Origin: Eledone cirrhosa
Lineage: Eukaryota
Assembly (NCBI GenBank): GCA_964016885.1
Contig: OZ024742.1
Coordinates: 103,974,001-104,038,000, forward strand
DNA length: 64,000 nt
Direction of reading: 5' to 3'
In this document: positions 38,690 through 53,895 of the stretch, in pieces
Layout: every line of letters begins with the position of its first letter
Numbering within the stretch: position 1 is the first letter of the stretch
The notes under the pieces: model-generated
Seen by the model: only the letters and a program-made list of their open reading frames with translations
Databases searched by the model: none
Told to the model about the DNA's origin: nothing
Translations under genes and position numbers: made by a program

Positions 38690-39500
38690 CATCATCATCA
38701 TCCTTTTTACATACATTTTTCCATGGAGTTTATGTTAATTTTGTATCGGTTAGATGGGTCCATTTCAGCACAGCATCTCTCCCCTCATTGCATTTCTTCA
38801 TCATCTCTGCGAGTTTCAGCGATTTATGATCAGCTCTCACCATCTCTGCCCAAGTCTTCCTTGGTCCACCTCCACCATGGCTTCCTACAATTGGAATTTC
38901 CTGGAACTTCTTCACCCAGCAATCATCATCCATGTGCATCACATGTCTGTACCAGTCTTCTCTCTTGCCCACCACTTTAGATTCCTTTGAAACTCAGTTT
39001 CTCCCTCATTAATCCAGGCTCTGCCTTTCTCTCACATTTACATTGCACATTCAGCGAAGCATGGTACTTTCATTTTTCTCCAGCCTTTTCTAGATCAACA
39101 AAAGTTAGATATAGTGGCTTATTCTTGGCTAGGAACTTCTCTTGTAGCTGTCTCACTAAGAAAAGGGTTTTTGTAGTACTTTTCCCAGACATAAAACTAA
39201 ACTGTATCTCATCTAATTTTACTCTTTTTCAAATTAGCTGTGCTAAAACTCTTTCTGTCCTTTTCATAACTTGGTCCATTAGTTTTATTCCTCTGTGGTT
39301 ATCTCCTTTCTAGAATATCACTTTTACCCATGTAACAATTTATAATTGTACTGCTGCACATTAGGTATGACTCTGTCCTGTATTACCTGGTTGACTATAC
39401 AGGTTACAAGCTTGGCTCCTACTTCTGATGCTTTTAGCATCTTGGCAACTATCTCTGATAGTCCTGCATCTTTACCTGTCTTCATCTTGATTGCTTCATT
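38690..39500 (-). mobile_element. Internally deleted RTE LINE fragments
   Basis: Reverse complement encodes WYRHVMHM, GPRKTW and RT QFSFMSGKSTT / FVDLEK fragments. Confidence 0.75.
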
Positions 39501-40109
39501 AGTTACACAGACAGTATTTACACAATTGTTGTTGTAACCCTTAATTAGAGTTTTTCTTGAGCAAGGTTAGCCTTAGTCAAGACCTATGATCAAAGACATT
39601 TAAACCACCATTCCTGTCTTTTCACATTACAATATCTAATATGCACTTCCTATTTTTAAAGTCAAGAGGGAGGTTCTGACTGCTATTTCTAGGAAGTTCA
39701 GTAATTGCATTGAAGATTCAGTACTGGTTTGAGATTAAAAAAAGCCCATTACTTGGTGAAACCAGCTTATCTTTTGTTATATTAAGTATTCATTCTCCTG
39801 CATATGCTTCCTCTTTTAAGGGTTTGATTTGGAGAAGATTTGACTGTTATCATGGCTGAAATATGCTTGGAGCTGGATTAACCATTAAGCAAATTAAACA
39901 CATGCTTAGGATATCCAGGGAAGAGTGGCACCATTTTATTAAAATTAAATATAAAATTAAATTAAAATAATTGTTTCTACTTTTGGCACAAGGCCAGCAA
40001 TTATCCCAGTATATTACTGGTACTTTATTTTATCGACCCCGTAAGAATGAAAGGTAAAGTTAACCTCAGCGGGATTTGAACTCAGAATGGCAAGGGTCGT
40101 AACTAAATT

Positions 40110-40400
40110 AAAATAATGAAAATTATTGTGTAAAGTGCTCAGGTAAACTACAACTCATCAAAGATGCATGTATAGTTCATAGAATAATGTACAAATGTCA
40201 GGAAAGTGAACAGTGTATGAGTCATGATATACACACAGACACATGTGTGTGTTTGTACGGAGGGGAATATCAGGTGTAGTGTCGGCGAATTTCAGGAAGC
40301 ATGGAAGTTTTGAAAGATGCTGTGACCTGACAGCTAACAACTGATGCACGTAGTTTGTTATATGCTTCAGCAACTCTGAGCATGAAAAAATGTTTCCGAA
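40110..40400 (-). mobile_element. CR1-group LINE 3' end
   Basis: Reverse complement of ~5715-6000. Confidence 0.75.
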
Positions 40401-41016
40401 ATGTATTTGTCATTCCCCCAAATTATTTTTGCAGACATTATATATGGAGGGGGGAGGGGGGGAGGACCTTAATCTTTTAAATGCTTAGGACCTCAAAAAG
40501 ACAATGTAGCCCTGACTTGAGTGGTGCAGGATTCAAGACTTATGGTTATTGCAGTAAAATAAATTCTACATTCGCAGCAAAAACAGAAGCACATCGACTT
40601 TTATAGAACTGATATTGCTTTAAAAAAAATTCCCCAAATAAATATGTTTCGTTGGTAAAGTAGCAAGGGCTCTTGGTAAAATATTAAAGTTATTTGGTGT
40701 TGTCATTAAAAAAAAGGTTCTGCAGACTTTATATATGGTGGCGGCCTGGGGGAGGGGGGTATATTTTCAGTGCTTAGGGTTCGAGAAGGACTTAATATGG
40801 CCCTGTTTGTTATTATAGGTGATCCATTGTTGGCTTGATTAATAACACAGCTCTTGATGGAAGCAGGAACATATTCACACTGATTTTATATGTTCATGTC
40901 AGTTCCTGAGATAGACCTTTACACCTTATCATTAAATGTTGCAGTACTAGACATTCTTCGCATTTTCTCACACTCTTCTATTGAAGTTTACCATTGCAAC
41001 TAACAAAATAAATAAA

Positions 41017-41913
41017 TCTATATATATAAAACTGTGGTTGTCTGTCTGTCTATCGATTTTTGGCACACATCTCCTCTTAGAATCTCTCACGGAATTGCAC
41101 CGAAATTGCTATACTTGTACATTGAGCCCTAGCGAAGACATCGGAAAAAAAAAATTTCAAATTGACCCACCCTATGTGACGAAATCGAATATAATGTATC
41201 GATTTTTGAGCGTAAGTTATCAGTTATTTCCCTTTGTTCTGTTTACATTGAGCGTCTTACGTAAAAAATTACGCTGGCTTTAACAGTTGTCGAGCCAGCA
41301 AAATATTGACCTGCAAAATTCATCAGTTCGAACACTAAGCTTCCGTTTTGCTTCATTTCCATTTAAAAGCATTTTAAAACAATATTTTTACTTGAAAACA
41401 AGTCTATTTAAAGACTACGTAAAACAAGCAAATATTTCGTCGTTAGGCGTGCAGACAGACAGTCGTGCAGACAGACAGACAGTCGTGCAGACAGACAGTC
41501 GTGCAGAGAGGTGATATAGGCGTGCAGACAGATAGTCGTGCAGAGAGGTGATATAGGCGTGCAGACAGACAGTCGTGCAGAGAGGTGATATAGGCGTGCA
41601 GACAGACATAACTGATAATTTGGTTACGCTAATGTTTTTCTCTGCGTTGCAGTGTTTACATTTTCGATCTTTGTTAATAAATAACCAGTGCCGTTTCTAT
41701 CCCCAGCATCCTCTTTTGTTATAACATTCGGGTTATCATTATGTTTTCTTAACTTCATAAGGCATATTGTTGGTTGAGGGAATATTAATCAAAAACACCA
41801 CATGCAAGTCTGCACAGTAGACACTACAGTTTTTAAGCTAAGAAAGAAACTTAACATTGTAACTTTAACACAGCTACTGAGCGACCCCGAGCAACGCCGG
41901 GCTTTACTGCTAG
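41017..41913 (+). mobile_element. Non-autonomous Helitron
   Basis: A|TCTATATATATAAAA start, (TCTG)n, internal GTGCAGACAGAC tandem repeats at 41447-41608, hairpin CCCGAGCAACGCCGGG then CTAG|T. Confidence 0.85.
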
Positions 41914-42309
41914 TTAATTAATAAATGAATAAAAAAAATACAAAGTGGGAGTTTACTAACCAATCTTCAACTCTGTATTCTATGTACATACCAATAAACT
42001 ATTTATTTTTCACACAAGTGAAACAAATAGTTAATCCTTTTGTCACTGTATTTTTAATGAAATACACTGCCTATGTGTATCAATAAATTTTGAAAATTTG
42101 AAGAATTTAATTAAATAACCAACCTTTTTATTAGTAAGCTGATGTTTGGAACATTACTTTAAAAATTTCTTAAATAAAATTATGATGGAAAATTTAAATC
42201 CAAGTAGGAATATTTGATTTACTTAAGAAACATTGAAAAAATTTGAAATTTGAAATGTAGTCAGCCCAACGTAACTCACTACAAGAATAGTTAATCACTG
42301 TAAATAAAA

Positions 42310-42648
42310 GTAAAAGACTCTCCTTGGTCATGAAGGATCATGGGATTTGCACCTAGAAAGTTGCCCTCTGAGGCACAAGTCCAGGTAAGGTTGTTTGTAA
42401 AAGACCAGCAGTTGCCCATGCATACCAATCTCCTCTCTCCACACCATCGATGTTGTCGAAGGGAAAGGCAAATGCTGATACAGCTTGGCACTGGTGATGT
42501 CGCAATTCATTTCTACAGCTGAGTAAACTGGAGAAATGTGAAATAAAGTGTCTTGCTCAAGAACGCAATGCAAACTCCGGTCCGAGAATCAAAATCACAA
42601 CCTCACGATAGTAAGCCTGACACCCTAACCACTAAGCCATGCACCTTC
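42310..42648 (-). mobile_element. Full-length SINE (family B) with TSD
   Basis: tRNA head GAAGGTGCATGGCTTAGTGGTTAGG; TSD CACTGTAAATAA / CACTATAAATAA. Confidence 0.8.
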
Positions 42649-42779
42649 ACTATAAATAATAGTTGAGCAAATTTGTAAAGTACCTCTGGGGATGAAAAAA
42701 GTTAACAGAGGCATCGCTGTTCCCTTTTTTCATCTCCTGGGGCACTTTTCACTATATTCTCAACTATTATTTACAATGA
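42648..42779. repeat. Palindromic hairpin element (MITE-like)
   Basis: TAAATAATAGTTGAG...GATGAAAAAAG pairs with CTTTTTTCATC...CTCAACTATTATTTA. Confidence 0.7.
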
Positions 42780-44552
42780 TCAAATATTATTATAATCATT
42801 TCAAATAAATATGAACATTTTAAAATGAGCAGTTGCATATCATAAAACCAGGGCAGTGTTTGGTGGGTTGGTATCAGAAGAGTTAAAAAACAAATATCTG
42901 TATTTCTTGTTTAACTGTTGATTATCAATGGTATCCATTAATGGGAGATTTAGTTTATGAATTATAATAGAAAATAAATGGAAACTATAGTGTTCCTGAT
43001 TTTTTCAATGACATTAGTGCCAACCACTTGAAACGTGTATTGAAACCTACTTATAGATTTGGTTTGTTAGTAGCTTACCTCTATTTTATAACATTCAAAT
43101 ATTCAAAAAACTATGGACCTACATATTCACCCTTTCATTGCTATATTTCTAATGAAATACACTGTATTTCAATTAATCAATGAAGAATTTGGAAGATTTC
43201 CTAAAGTTATTAAGTATAGCATTATTAAGATGGTATTTGAAAGTTGACTATTTGAAGTTGACTAAAGGATTTTATGAGAAATTATGTGAAAAGGCCTTAA
43301 TTTAAATAGGAACTCTTTAAAATGGGTGGTTTTATTTCATAGAACCAGAGTTGTAGTTGGCCAGGTTTATATGAAAAAGTTTAACCTGTAAATTAATTTC
43401 TATTTAATAATTAGATTTTATGTGTAAAAATAATTTTGGAGGGTACTCTCTCTATTGTAAGCCAGTTTTCAACTGAGACTTTGATGTAAACCAACTCTCT
43501 GCAATATGATAAACTTGGTTAACAAGTCAGACTGCTTGCTGGACACTGATTCTTTTCCAGACACCTCTATATTTATGGAGACATTACTCTTCAGAGTAAT
43601 AGTGTTTGTTTTAGTTGACTGCAAATGTCTGCGTATAGTTTCCTCGTTGTTAATGCTATTTGTTTAAATAAACAAGGAACAATTAAAGAAAAAAAATTTA
43701 AATAAGAAGCGTGTTTTGTAGTAAGGAGGTTAATTAGCAATTTTAATGAGTTTATTGACTGTTAAACTGACTAAAATTGTGTGTTTTAAACACGATCACT
43801 TCATATTATGGGTTATAGTGAATATTCTCTAGAAACTCAAGAAACGAAAAAATAATCAAATAAATAAATAAAGCTACTTAGATATAACTTGATTATATCT
43901 AAGGTATATTATATAGTTCACAGGTGTGCTTGAGCTACATAGAATTTACATTCACTATTGCAACAATATTAGCCAGAACCTGGGAATATCTGAGCTAGGT
44001 CAGAGTTGTAGCAGAAATAAATACATTATATTTAACATTACTTACTGCTACTATCACCACTGTGGTTTGTGCATATCTGATATACATCTGAAGCATATTC
44101 AGGGCTGAATTAAGTCCTTTTGAGGCCCTAAACATGGGTTTATTTTGCTTAATGGTTAATCAGACACAGGGTATCTCGGACTACATTATCTAATGTGTCT
44201 TTCCTTGTTGATGATGTTGATGTTTAACGGATGGCCAGTCATGATCCAGCAGCTAGACCTATGATAAAATCAGGATTGGATTAAGTCCTAAAAGATTATG
44301 GTGCTTTCCCCTCTTCCCTATATATAAAGTCTGCAAAAAAAATTTTTTTGTGAATAACAAATACGTTTAATTTGAATAAACGAGTGTTTCCTTTTACCTT
44401 AATGCCCTAAGCATGTCTTTAGTTTACTCAATGGTTAGTCTAGCCCCAAGCATATATCTGGTATAAGCACGATATATTTCAGGTGCATGGTATTTTGATT
44501 GCTATTGTGTAGATCTGAAATATAGCAGAGATATGTTCAAGATGTATCTTAA

Positions 44553-44759
44553 CCCTTTAGCATTTAAACGAGCCATATCCAACCAGAATTCTCTCACTTC
44601 TTTCTGTTCAAACCAGCTGTAATCGGCCGCTCATACCAATGTTAAGGTATTGTTCTCCAAATAAATACCATCAAAATCTCAGAGCTTCGATATTATGGGA
44701 GATAAAGCCTTTACTGTGAAATACAATAGTAAACATAGAGTAATGTAAATGGTAAAGGG
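44553..44759. mobile_element. piggyBac-like MITE
   Basis: TTAA|CCCTTTA...TAAAGGG|TTAA. Confidence 0.75.
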
Positions 44760-45199
44760 TTAAATTTTCAAATCACAGCAAAGATAGTTTAAGCATCTCT
44801 ACTGTGTACAGCTATTTCTGTGATAGTATGACAGGAAAAATATCGAGGGACACCTGTTGCAGGAAAACATAATAATAATGTTGATACAGTAAGCCAAATT
44901 GTGATTAATTAAAATTATACTCTTAGTGTAAAGAAAGCTGTTGACTGAACATTTGAAACGTGTTTATATCACTACAAATTAGCATAACAATAGTTAATCA
45001 TTATAAATGATTTTCTCAAATATTATCATGGTCTTTTACGTTGGGATGCACACATTTCAAATTTATACTCTTAGTGATGTGAACAATAATTTATATGACT
45101 AATTCTAGTAATAAAAACAAAAGAAAAACAAGTCCGGGAAGACAAACTTGAAATCCGAATTTTGCAGTAGGCATCACAGGATATTTTCTTCAATCATTG

Positions 45200-46290
45200 T
45201 GGTGGATTGGCAGTATCAGTTATGGTCCCTAACCTTCTGAGTTCAAATCCCGCTGAGGTTAACTTTGCCTATCATCCTTATAGGGTTGATAAAATAAAGT
45301 ACCAGTAATACACTGGCATAATTGCTGGCCTTGTGCCAAAGCTAGAAACAATTATTCTAAATTGTTACAAAGGTGGTGGATTGACAGAATTGGTAGACCG
45401 TTGGATAAAATGCCATTGCAATACCTTTTCTGGCTCTTTATGTTCTCAGTTCAAATCTTGCCAAGGTCAACGTTACCTTTTGCCATTTCGGGGGGGGGGG
45501 GGTTTATAAAATAAAGTACTGGGGTAAATTTAATCACCACCCCCCGGCTCAAATTGCTGGCCTTGTGCTTAAATTAGAAACTATTAGGGTAATGGATTAG
45601 CAGAATTATTAGTGTGTCAATGAAATGCATTGTAGTATTTTATTTGGGCCCTCTAATCCTGCAGAGGTCAGCTTTGCTTTCCCTCCTTCAAAATAAAACA
45701 TCAGTTATGAACTGGGGTTGATATAATTGACTTTCCACTTCTCCTAAATTGCTGGCTTTGTGCCAATGTTAGAAAGAATTATAAGTTGCTAAGCCATTCA
45801 GTGTTTATTCACGAAAGACCTATATGTCTCTTGTATATCTATATTATTGCAGTTACAAGTAGACTTTGCTTTACTGATGAGGTCTAAAACTGAAACAATT
45901 CATCTTCCACTGCATTCTATGTTTAATTAAATTGATCAAGCAGGTCTATGATTAATCCTTTTAATACCAAACCACCTGAAACGGCCTGTGGATCTCTGAT
46001 ACAAAGCTGTTTATTTTGAAGTAACTGTATATATATCTAAAGACCTTTGTCAAGTTATCTTCCAAATACCAGCTTATCACAAAAAAGGTTATATTATTAA
46101 GTGAATTGGCAGTATCGGTAGAGGGTCGGACACCATGCTTTGACGCATAGAGTTACGGCCCTTGCCATTCTGAGTTCAAATCCCGCCGAGGTTGACTTTG
46201 CCTTTCATCCTTATGGGGTCGATAAAATAAAGTACCAGTAATACACTGGGTAATTGTTGGCCTTGTGCCTAAAGTAGAAACAATTATTAA
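45200..46290 (+). mobile_element. Cluster of family A SINEs
   Basis: Copies at ~45200, 45372, 45590 and 46100, each with B-box and central-domain sequence. Confidence 0.8.
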
Positions 46291-48319
46291 ATCCCTCAAA
46301 ATTCACTATTATTCAAAATAATTTAAAGGTCATAGGCAGTGTCTTCCATTAGAAATACGGTACCGAAAGGGTTGAAGTTCTTATATCTATCTAAAAACCT
46401 TCCATCATAATTCTGTGTGAGAAACTTTGTTAAGCTATGCTCCAAACACCAGCTTAATAATGAGAAAGTTAGTTATATTACTAAATTCCTCCAAATTCTT
46501 GATTATTTTCAAAACTATTTGAAAATCATAGGCAGTGTCTTTAATTAGAAATTTGGTAATAAAAGAATTAAAGTATTTATATGTATCTAAAAGACTTCCA
46601 TAATAATTTAATGTAAGAACTTTTTTAAGTAATGTTTCAGACACCAACTTAATACTGAGAAATTTAGTTATATTACTAAATCCCTCCAAATTCTTATGTT
46701 CAAAATGGTTTGAAAACCATATGCAGTGTCTTTCATTAGAAATTTGGTAACAAAAGCTTTCCAAAATCATTTTATGTAAGAACCAGCAACCATACTAATC
46801 TTGCTTGGTGAGGAGGAGGATTTTTGGACAGACTGCTGAATGAAAAACAAAACCCATCAAAGTGCAGAGGAATTCGAGAGAGTCAACGACCATCCAATAG
46901 TATGTAAAAAAAAAGATTGGGTAGACAAAGCTTGATAGTATTGGCTGGCAGTCTGTCTAGGAGAAGGACAACTCTGATTTCAAAAGTGGGGTAGATGGGA
47001 TTCCTTAACACCTTGATGAGAACCTTTGAAGTGGCTAATGGCTTGTGATGAAGATGGATGAGCTGTGGCTCAGTAGCCAGTTTCTGAGTAATGGTTGGAT
47101 GAGGATTTGGGATCCACTGACATCACTTTTTTCCTGATGAGAATTATGGATATATAGCATCATATAGGTTAGCATTGTTGTTACTCTCCATGTTCACCAA
47201 TCATTAACAATGAGGGTGGGAAGGGACCAGACAAAACAGTACTATTATGACTATTATGTTACCAACACTACAAAATCCAGTAATACAAATATTACTGCAA
47301 ATATCAAAACACTACAACTATCACTACTCTATGCACAACTACAAGAGAAAACAATGTCCCAATTAGTTTGTTTTGTTGTGTCTTTCCCCATCACTAAATA
47401 CTACTGTATTCTCTACACAGCTTCCTCCCAACACTACCCATCTCTCTCCCATCCATCCTCATATCACCTCACAATTATCCTACAATGACAGAACTCAAAT
47501 GTGGAGGGGGTGGTCAGCTGGGTCAGTTGACGATGGCCTACTCCTTTTGGTAAATAAATACTTACTTGTATAAATCATTCTAGTGTTGTTCTTCTACTTT
47601 TTTTTTCTTACTAAGTCTAAGGTCTGTTTTTTGTATGTTCTGAGTTCAAATCCCACCAATGCCAATGTTGCCTTTCATCCTTTCAAGTATCGATAAACTA
47701 AAGTATGAGTTACATACAGGAGTCGATGTAATTAACTTCCTCTCCCCATAAATTGTTGGCCTTGGACCTAATATAGGAGGGGGTGTAAGGGCAGTGAATT
47801 GGTAGAGTTGTTAGAGAGTTCAACAAATGCTTAGTAGTATTTGTTCTTGCTCTTTATATTCTGAGTTCAAATCCCAGTGGTCAACTTTGCCTTTCATCCT
47901 TTTGAGGTTGATAAAATAAAGTACCAGTAATGTACTTAGGTCGGTATAATCAACTTTCCTTTCCCTACAAACTGTTGGCGTTATGCCTAAATTAGAATTC
48001 ATTATTAAGTCAGGAAGGGAAAGCCAGTTACCTATGAACCTTTTTCAGTGCCTCCATTACGGGTGGGAGAGAAGAAGGTTTTCTCAAACTGGAGACCTGG
48101 CCCTGAATGCTTGCAACATGTTGGACTCTACTTAAAGGCACCCAAAGGTCAGGTGGTGGTTTTAAACCAGGCAAAAGATTAGGTCTATTACAAAAGTATG
48201 TCACAGCAGGATTTGAACTCAGTATGCAGTGAGGTGGAACAAATACTGCAAAGTATTTTGTCTTCAAATAACTTTGCTAATTCCCCACCTTGCATATATA
48301 TCCTATACACTACATTGCC

Positions 48320-48860
48320 ATCACCATCATTTTACATTTGCTCTTCCTTGCTTACATGGGTTGAATGGGTCTTTCCCAGCACAACCTCTCTCCACTCACA
48401 ACATTCCTGTCATCTCCTCTGCAAGAATCAGTATTTTAAGATCAGCTTTAATCATATCTTCCCAGATTTTGCTCAGTTTTTCTCTTGTGTAGCTTCCTTC
48501 CACTGGGATCATCTGGCACTTCTTCATCCATTGATCATCATCCATATGCATCTCATGTCCAAATCAGCATAGTCTTCTCTGTTGCACACCACATCTAATT
48601 CCTCTCATACTCAGCTTTTCTTTCAGTTCAACCATGCCCCGTCATTCATGTACATTAACATTGCACATCCAATGGAGCATGGTCACTTCATTTCTCTCCA
48701 ATCACTGTATATCCTCTGCATTTACCATCCACATCACACTGCCATATAATATCATCCTTATTATGCAGGCATCATATAATCTGCCCTTCACTTGTAGAGA
48801 AAATCTGTTTTTTGTCAACAGAGGTAGTAGCTCCCGAAACTTTTTCCAGCATGTTCTACA
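48320..48860 (-). mobile_element. Decayed RTE LINE 3' fragment
   Basis: Reverse complement matches [16 protein letters not shown] and MLHWMCNVN. Confidence 0.75.
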
Positions 48861-51800
48861 TATATACCAATAATCTATTCATAAAATATATGTATTTAGT
48901 ACTGATTACTAAAATATTTAATAGGGAGTTTGAAATAGGGCCTACATTTCATATATGGTTTGGGTCTGCATACAACCTTATAGTCACTAGGCAAGTTATC
49001 CTCCAACCCACATTCACCATTCCAATTATATAAAGAATTCAACATCTCTTCACTTGCGACCATCGGTTATCAACCATCTTTCTCCTCCCCCACTTCACAT
49101 GAAACCACTTCTCCAACTGTCATCTTCTCAAAATCACCACCCTATTCCTTACATTACACCTCACCACCTCTGGTATATTTCATCATATTACTTGCCCTTG
49201 ATGAGCACTTCACAACTAAGGTTAACAATGTAATCTTTTCTTCGGTTGATTCAATTGTTGCGCTTAATAGATAAAGTGTGAAGAGTGGAAAAGTGATGAG
49301 AGCATATGTGTGTGTATGGGAGTGTGTGTGTATATGTGTGAGGTGTGGTGGATTTTGCGTTTCACTGCTTCAACCCCCACCTAGACCTCTCGAGCGAAAC
49401 CACCACTTGAAGTAAAGTGTTATGTCAAACTGGAATGTAGCTATGATGTTTATTTTATGTCAGCTGAATCAAACAAAAAAATGTGTTGTTTAAACTGGTC
49501 TATTTTACTTGAAGCACCTTTGCAGCTGGCTTAGTTATTAGTGCTGGTCTATTGTTCAATAGGTCTACTGTTCCATCAATAGCACTGCTCAGAGCACTTT
49601 GTAATGGTGTAATCTTCAACAGCTCAAGCTGAGTGCTGGTCCCATGATAAAGTACAGTCTTTTGATCTTTTGAAAATGTTCTCTAAATCAATTCAACATA
49701 AACCAACTCAACAGAGAGATGTGAATGCTATATCTAACAGCCACAGCTCCCCTAAATCATACCCTATTAACCTTAAAAAATGTCTGATTGAAAAATGAAG
49801 CAGCCATGGCTAGAATAACATTGCCTCATCTCATCAGAATAAATTATAAGAAAGCTATGGGTATTGCTCTATATCATCAGCTTATAATACAAACATTACA
49901 GGGTTTCACTGATTGGGAATTGTGGTACACATCTAGTAGTGGTTGTATAAAGTTTGTGGTAGGGATATTCAACCTATTGTGGTGGTATACAGTTTGTGGT
50001 GGTGGTATAGAGTTTGGGGTAGCAGTACATAAACTAGAGTGCTATCAGGGCCAGTGCTTCCATTAGGTCAACTAGGCAGCCATCTAGTGTGTAAACATTA
50101 CAGAGTTGCAATATTTGAACCTTAGTTATAATGATTTAGTAGAAAATATCTAAAATCAGATTTGTTAATTCAAATGTTCATAATATCTTTACAAGTGGAT
50201 AGATCTTTTTGAAAATTTGAAGTAAACTAAGGTAATGTGATGCAGTCTTAGTGCTGTTTTATACATTTTAAGAATGTTTTGCTAATGCACTTTCATGTAG
50301 TTAAGAGTTAAAGGATTACAGTTTTATACAAGTTTGTATAATAAAATATGATAAATATTAATAATTTTCTTTGATCAATAAATAAACATTTGATCAATAA
50401 ATAAACATTTTTGTTATACAGCAAAAATATCTAAAACAGTGGAAAGGGCTGATGGTAGAATGGCCTATCACATGATTTGGTATGATGAGTGTGGACTGTG
50501 TAGTGGAAAATGCAGGATTAATAATGTTTTTGAGTATGGTCAGAGTAAGAAATGTCAAAAACTTAGTTCATCAGCTTGAAAGGAAAATGAAATTTACAGC
50601 TCACATCTACACAGGTTTTAGCTGGCCTCCTTCAAAGTCACATCTCATAGAAGGTTTCCTGAGTGTTTTAATGATAGGGGGCTCCAGTCCTAATATGAAA
50701 GACAATCTGAAATGAAGTCTTAGTCAAGAACACAGTGTGTAGCCCGGCATAGGAACTGAACCTACAACATTACAATTATGAGTCAGCAATTTAACTATAA
50801 GGCCATGCCTTCACAGTTCATCAGCTTGCCAAATTGTAAATCTTATTTATTTTATTTGGGAGAAAAAGTGTGCACATTATAAGACACTGGCTACTCTGGT
50901 AATGGTACATACCATAAGTTGGTATATAGCCTATGATTCTTGTAAATAGTCTTAAAATAAATGTAGTAGAGATATTCTACATAATCTCTATTGTTTTAAT
51001 AAAAAAAATAATGCTTCTTTTTAGAAGGCTACAGCAATGTTGTTGTTACAGCTCACACCTAGCAGGTTTAGATGGCCTCCTCCAAGGTATATCTCATTGG
51101 AGAGGGGTCTTGGGTGATTTAATGATAGGGACCCTAGTCCTATCATCTCATTTCTACAGCTGAGTAAACTGGAGCAACGTGAAATAAAGTGTCTTGTTCA
51201 AGGAAACAACACACCACCTGGTCCGAGAATTGAACTCACAACCTTTCGATTGCAAGCCCAATGCTCTAACCACTAAGCCATGTGCCTTCACAGCAATGCA
51301 AATAGGATATTAAATGTTTAAAATAATCAAAACAAAGTTGCTGGAATGTTACATTGGACATGTTTAATTAGTCTTTAATATTCGGTTTTTCATTTTTTTT
51401 TTTTTACTACAAATTCACTACAAATACACTGGAAAGCTCCCACTCCAAGATATATGAAGTGCAAAGCCTTCAAAGCTACGGTCAAAACCATCTTACTATA
51501 TAGTTCAGAATCCTGGACTCTCAGTGTCACTCACTCAAGGAGACTTGATGGTTCCTATACCAAGATGTTACATGAGGTGTTCAACATTTTGTGGCAAAGT
51601 CACACAACCAACAATGATGATATGTCATGAGCTTCATCGAAAATTTGATCCTGTCACTTATCTTTTGCTGGTTATGTTTCCCACCATTTTGAACTTGCAG
51701 AGAAACTGCTTCTCTGGTCACCAGATGCAGAGCGCCAAGTGGGATGGCAGGACAATGGCCTCACTGGATGGGATCTTGCTGCAATGAGAGATTGGGAAGT

Positions 51801-52929
51801 CTGGAACAAAAACTTTGTGCATACTTCACTTTTGATGGAGAGATGACTCAAGAAGAGAACAAGAAGAATATTCAGGATAAAAAAAGTTAAAAAAGAGGTA
51901 AAATTCAAAAATGGCAGCATAAGAATAACATAAGGTATCCAGTTCCCACTTAACTCTTCTTTTGACAAAGGGATTTTTATTCTGAAATATTATGTACTGA
52001 TTAAACAACTCCATGATAATGAATCTACGAGATTTTGATATTATTTATTTTGAGAACAATAGCTTAACATAAGTATGAGCAGCCGGTTATGGCCGGTTTG
52101 AACAGAAAGAGGTGAGAAAATTCTGGCTGGATACATCATCATCATCATCATCATCATTTTATGTCTGCTTTACAGTTGGTTTAAATGCTAAAGGGTTAAT
52201 GAATAGGTGGTGAATTGGCAGAGTTATACCATCAGATAGAATGCTTTGCAGTATTCATTCTGGCTCTCTGTGCTAAGTTGAAATCCCACCAAGGTCAACT
52301 TTGCCTTTCAACTTTTCAAGGTTAATAAAAAAAGTACAAGCCCAGTATTGAGATTGATTCTTTCTCTATATCTCTTTCTCACACTCTCGCTTTCCTTCTC
52401 TGGATGAAATTGGATGTTTTCAGACTAGGGACAGGGATGGGCTCCACCAGGTTTAACTCTTTAGCATTTACATTACTCTATATTTACTATTATATTTTTA
52501 TGGTAAAGGCTTTACCTCACATAATTATCTCACATAATATTGAAGCTACGAGATTTTGATATTATTTATTTTGAGAACAATACCTTAACATCGGTATGAG
52601 TGGCCAGTTATGACTGGTTTGAACAGAAAGAGGTGAAAGAATTTTGGCCAGATATGGCCGGTTTAAATGTTAAAGGGTTAAAGTCCCCAAAGCACAGTGT
52701 ATGACATGACAGTGCCTTTACAATACCATAAGGAGTTACAGGTCCATACATACAGCATTTAATGTCTTATTTGCATTCCCGTAACCCTCTAAAACAGACA
52801 TACACCCACTATTTTCTATACTTTCCACAATTCTTCAAGCAAACTATAACAGCGACTTATCTCTATTGTTTTTACTTTCAATGTGTGTGGAATGTTTATC
52901 TTATGTTTGTGATGATTGGTTATATTTGA

Positions 52930-53290
52930 TGTTTTACTGGTAAGTAATGAGATGAGGGAATTCAGTAGATGTTATTTTTAGTCTGTTTGTTTGGAGCCAA
53001 CTTTTTGGGTGGTTGATGTTGGGTTGTTCTGTAGCTATGTCAAGTAAATGGTTGGAGAAGGTAACAGAGATGTCATCTATATATATAGTTCTGTGTATGT
53101 TTTCTGGGACTGTTGGGATGTCATATAGGTACAAGTTAATAAAAGTTGATGAGATCACAAATTCTTGTGATGCTCTGTTGAAGAAATTTTAAATTTCAGC
53201 TATGTTGATATTGTACTCTTGCGTAGAGTTGTTGACCTGAGAGATAAGTCATCAGCCAGTGTTTTATTTTGTTTCTAAAGGTGTTTAGTA
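52930..53290 (-). mobile_element. Decayed LINE RT fragment
   Basis: LYLYDIP..IYIDDISV (YADD-like motif)...WLQTNRLKI. Confidence 0.55.
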
Positions 53291-53864
53291 TTTTATTTAC
53301 ATACACTCACACACATGCACACACACACACTGGCACACTCATGAGGTTGTGTAATCAAAAGCTGCAAAAAGGTTCGTGCAGATAAGAAACCTATTGGTAC
53401 ACTGATTTTTAAATTTTTTTTACCACAATCCAACACAACTCTCTCTCTCTCTTTCTCCTCTCTATCACTCCCCTCTCTCTCTCTCTTTCTCCTCTCTCTC
53501 TCTCTTTCTCCTCTCTCTCACTTCCCCCTCTCTCTCCCCCCCCATCACCCCCCCCCCTCTCTCACTCTCAGATGAAGAGCAAGGACCCAAAACATTAATA
53601 TATTCACACTTCATAGAAATTGAACTTTAAGTACTCTTTTATGAATTTTTGCTGACACAAGAAAGAGGAATAGAGAGAGAAAAGGGGCAAGAGGGAAATG
53701 TAGAATAGTCAACGCCACTGGTACATTATTGATCAACTACAAAATGACATAAAGGTATAGTTGACCTCAGTGGGATTTGAAGTCAGAGTGCAGAGAGAGC
53801 TGGAAAGAATATTACAAGATATTCTTTCCAACATTCTAATGACTCAGTAAATTTGTCACCTTTG

Positions 53865-53895
<31 letters not shown>

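Noticed and set aside
45874-45900. CTGATGA..GAAAC hammerhead-like string (also ~53569-53597)
   Set aside because: Stem I and the cleavage triplet are unsupported; at best decayed relics.
46100-46190. tRNA genes at A/B-box sequences
   Set aside because: These are SINE heads with no cloverleaf.
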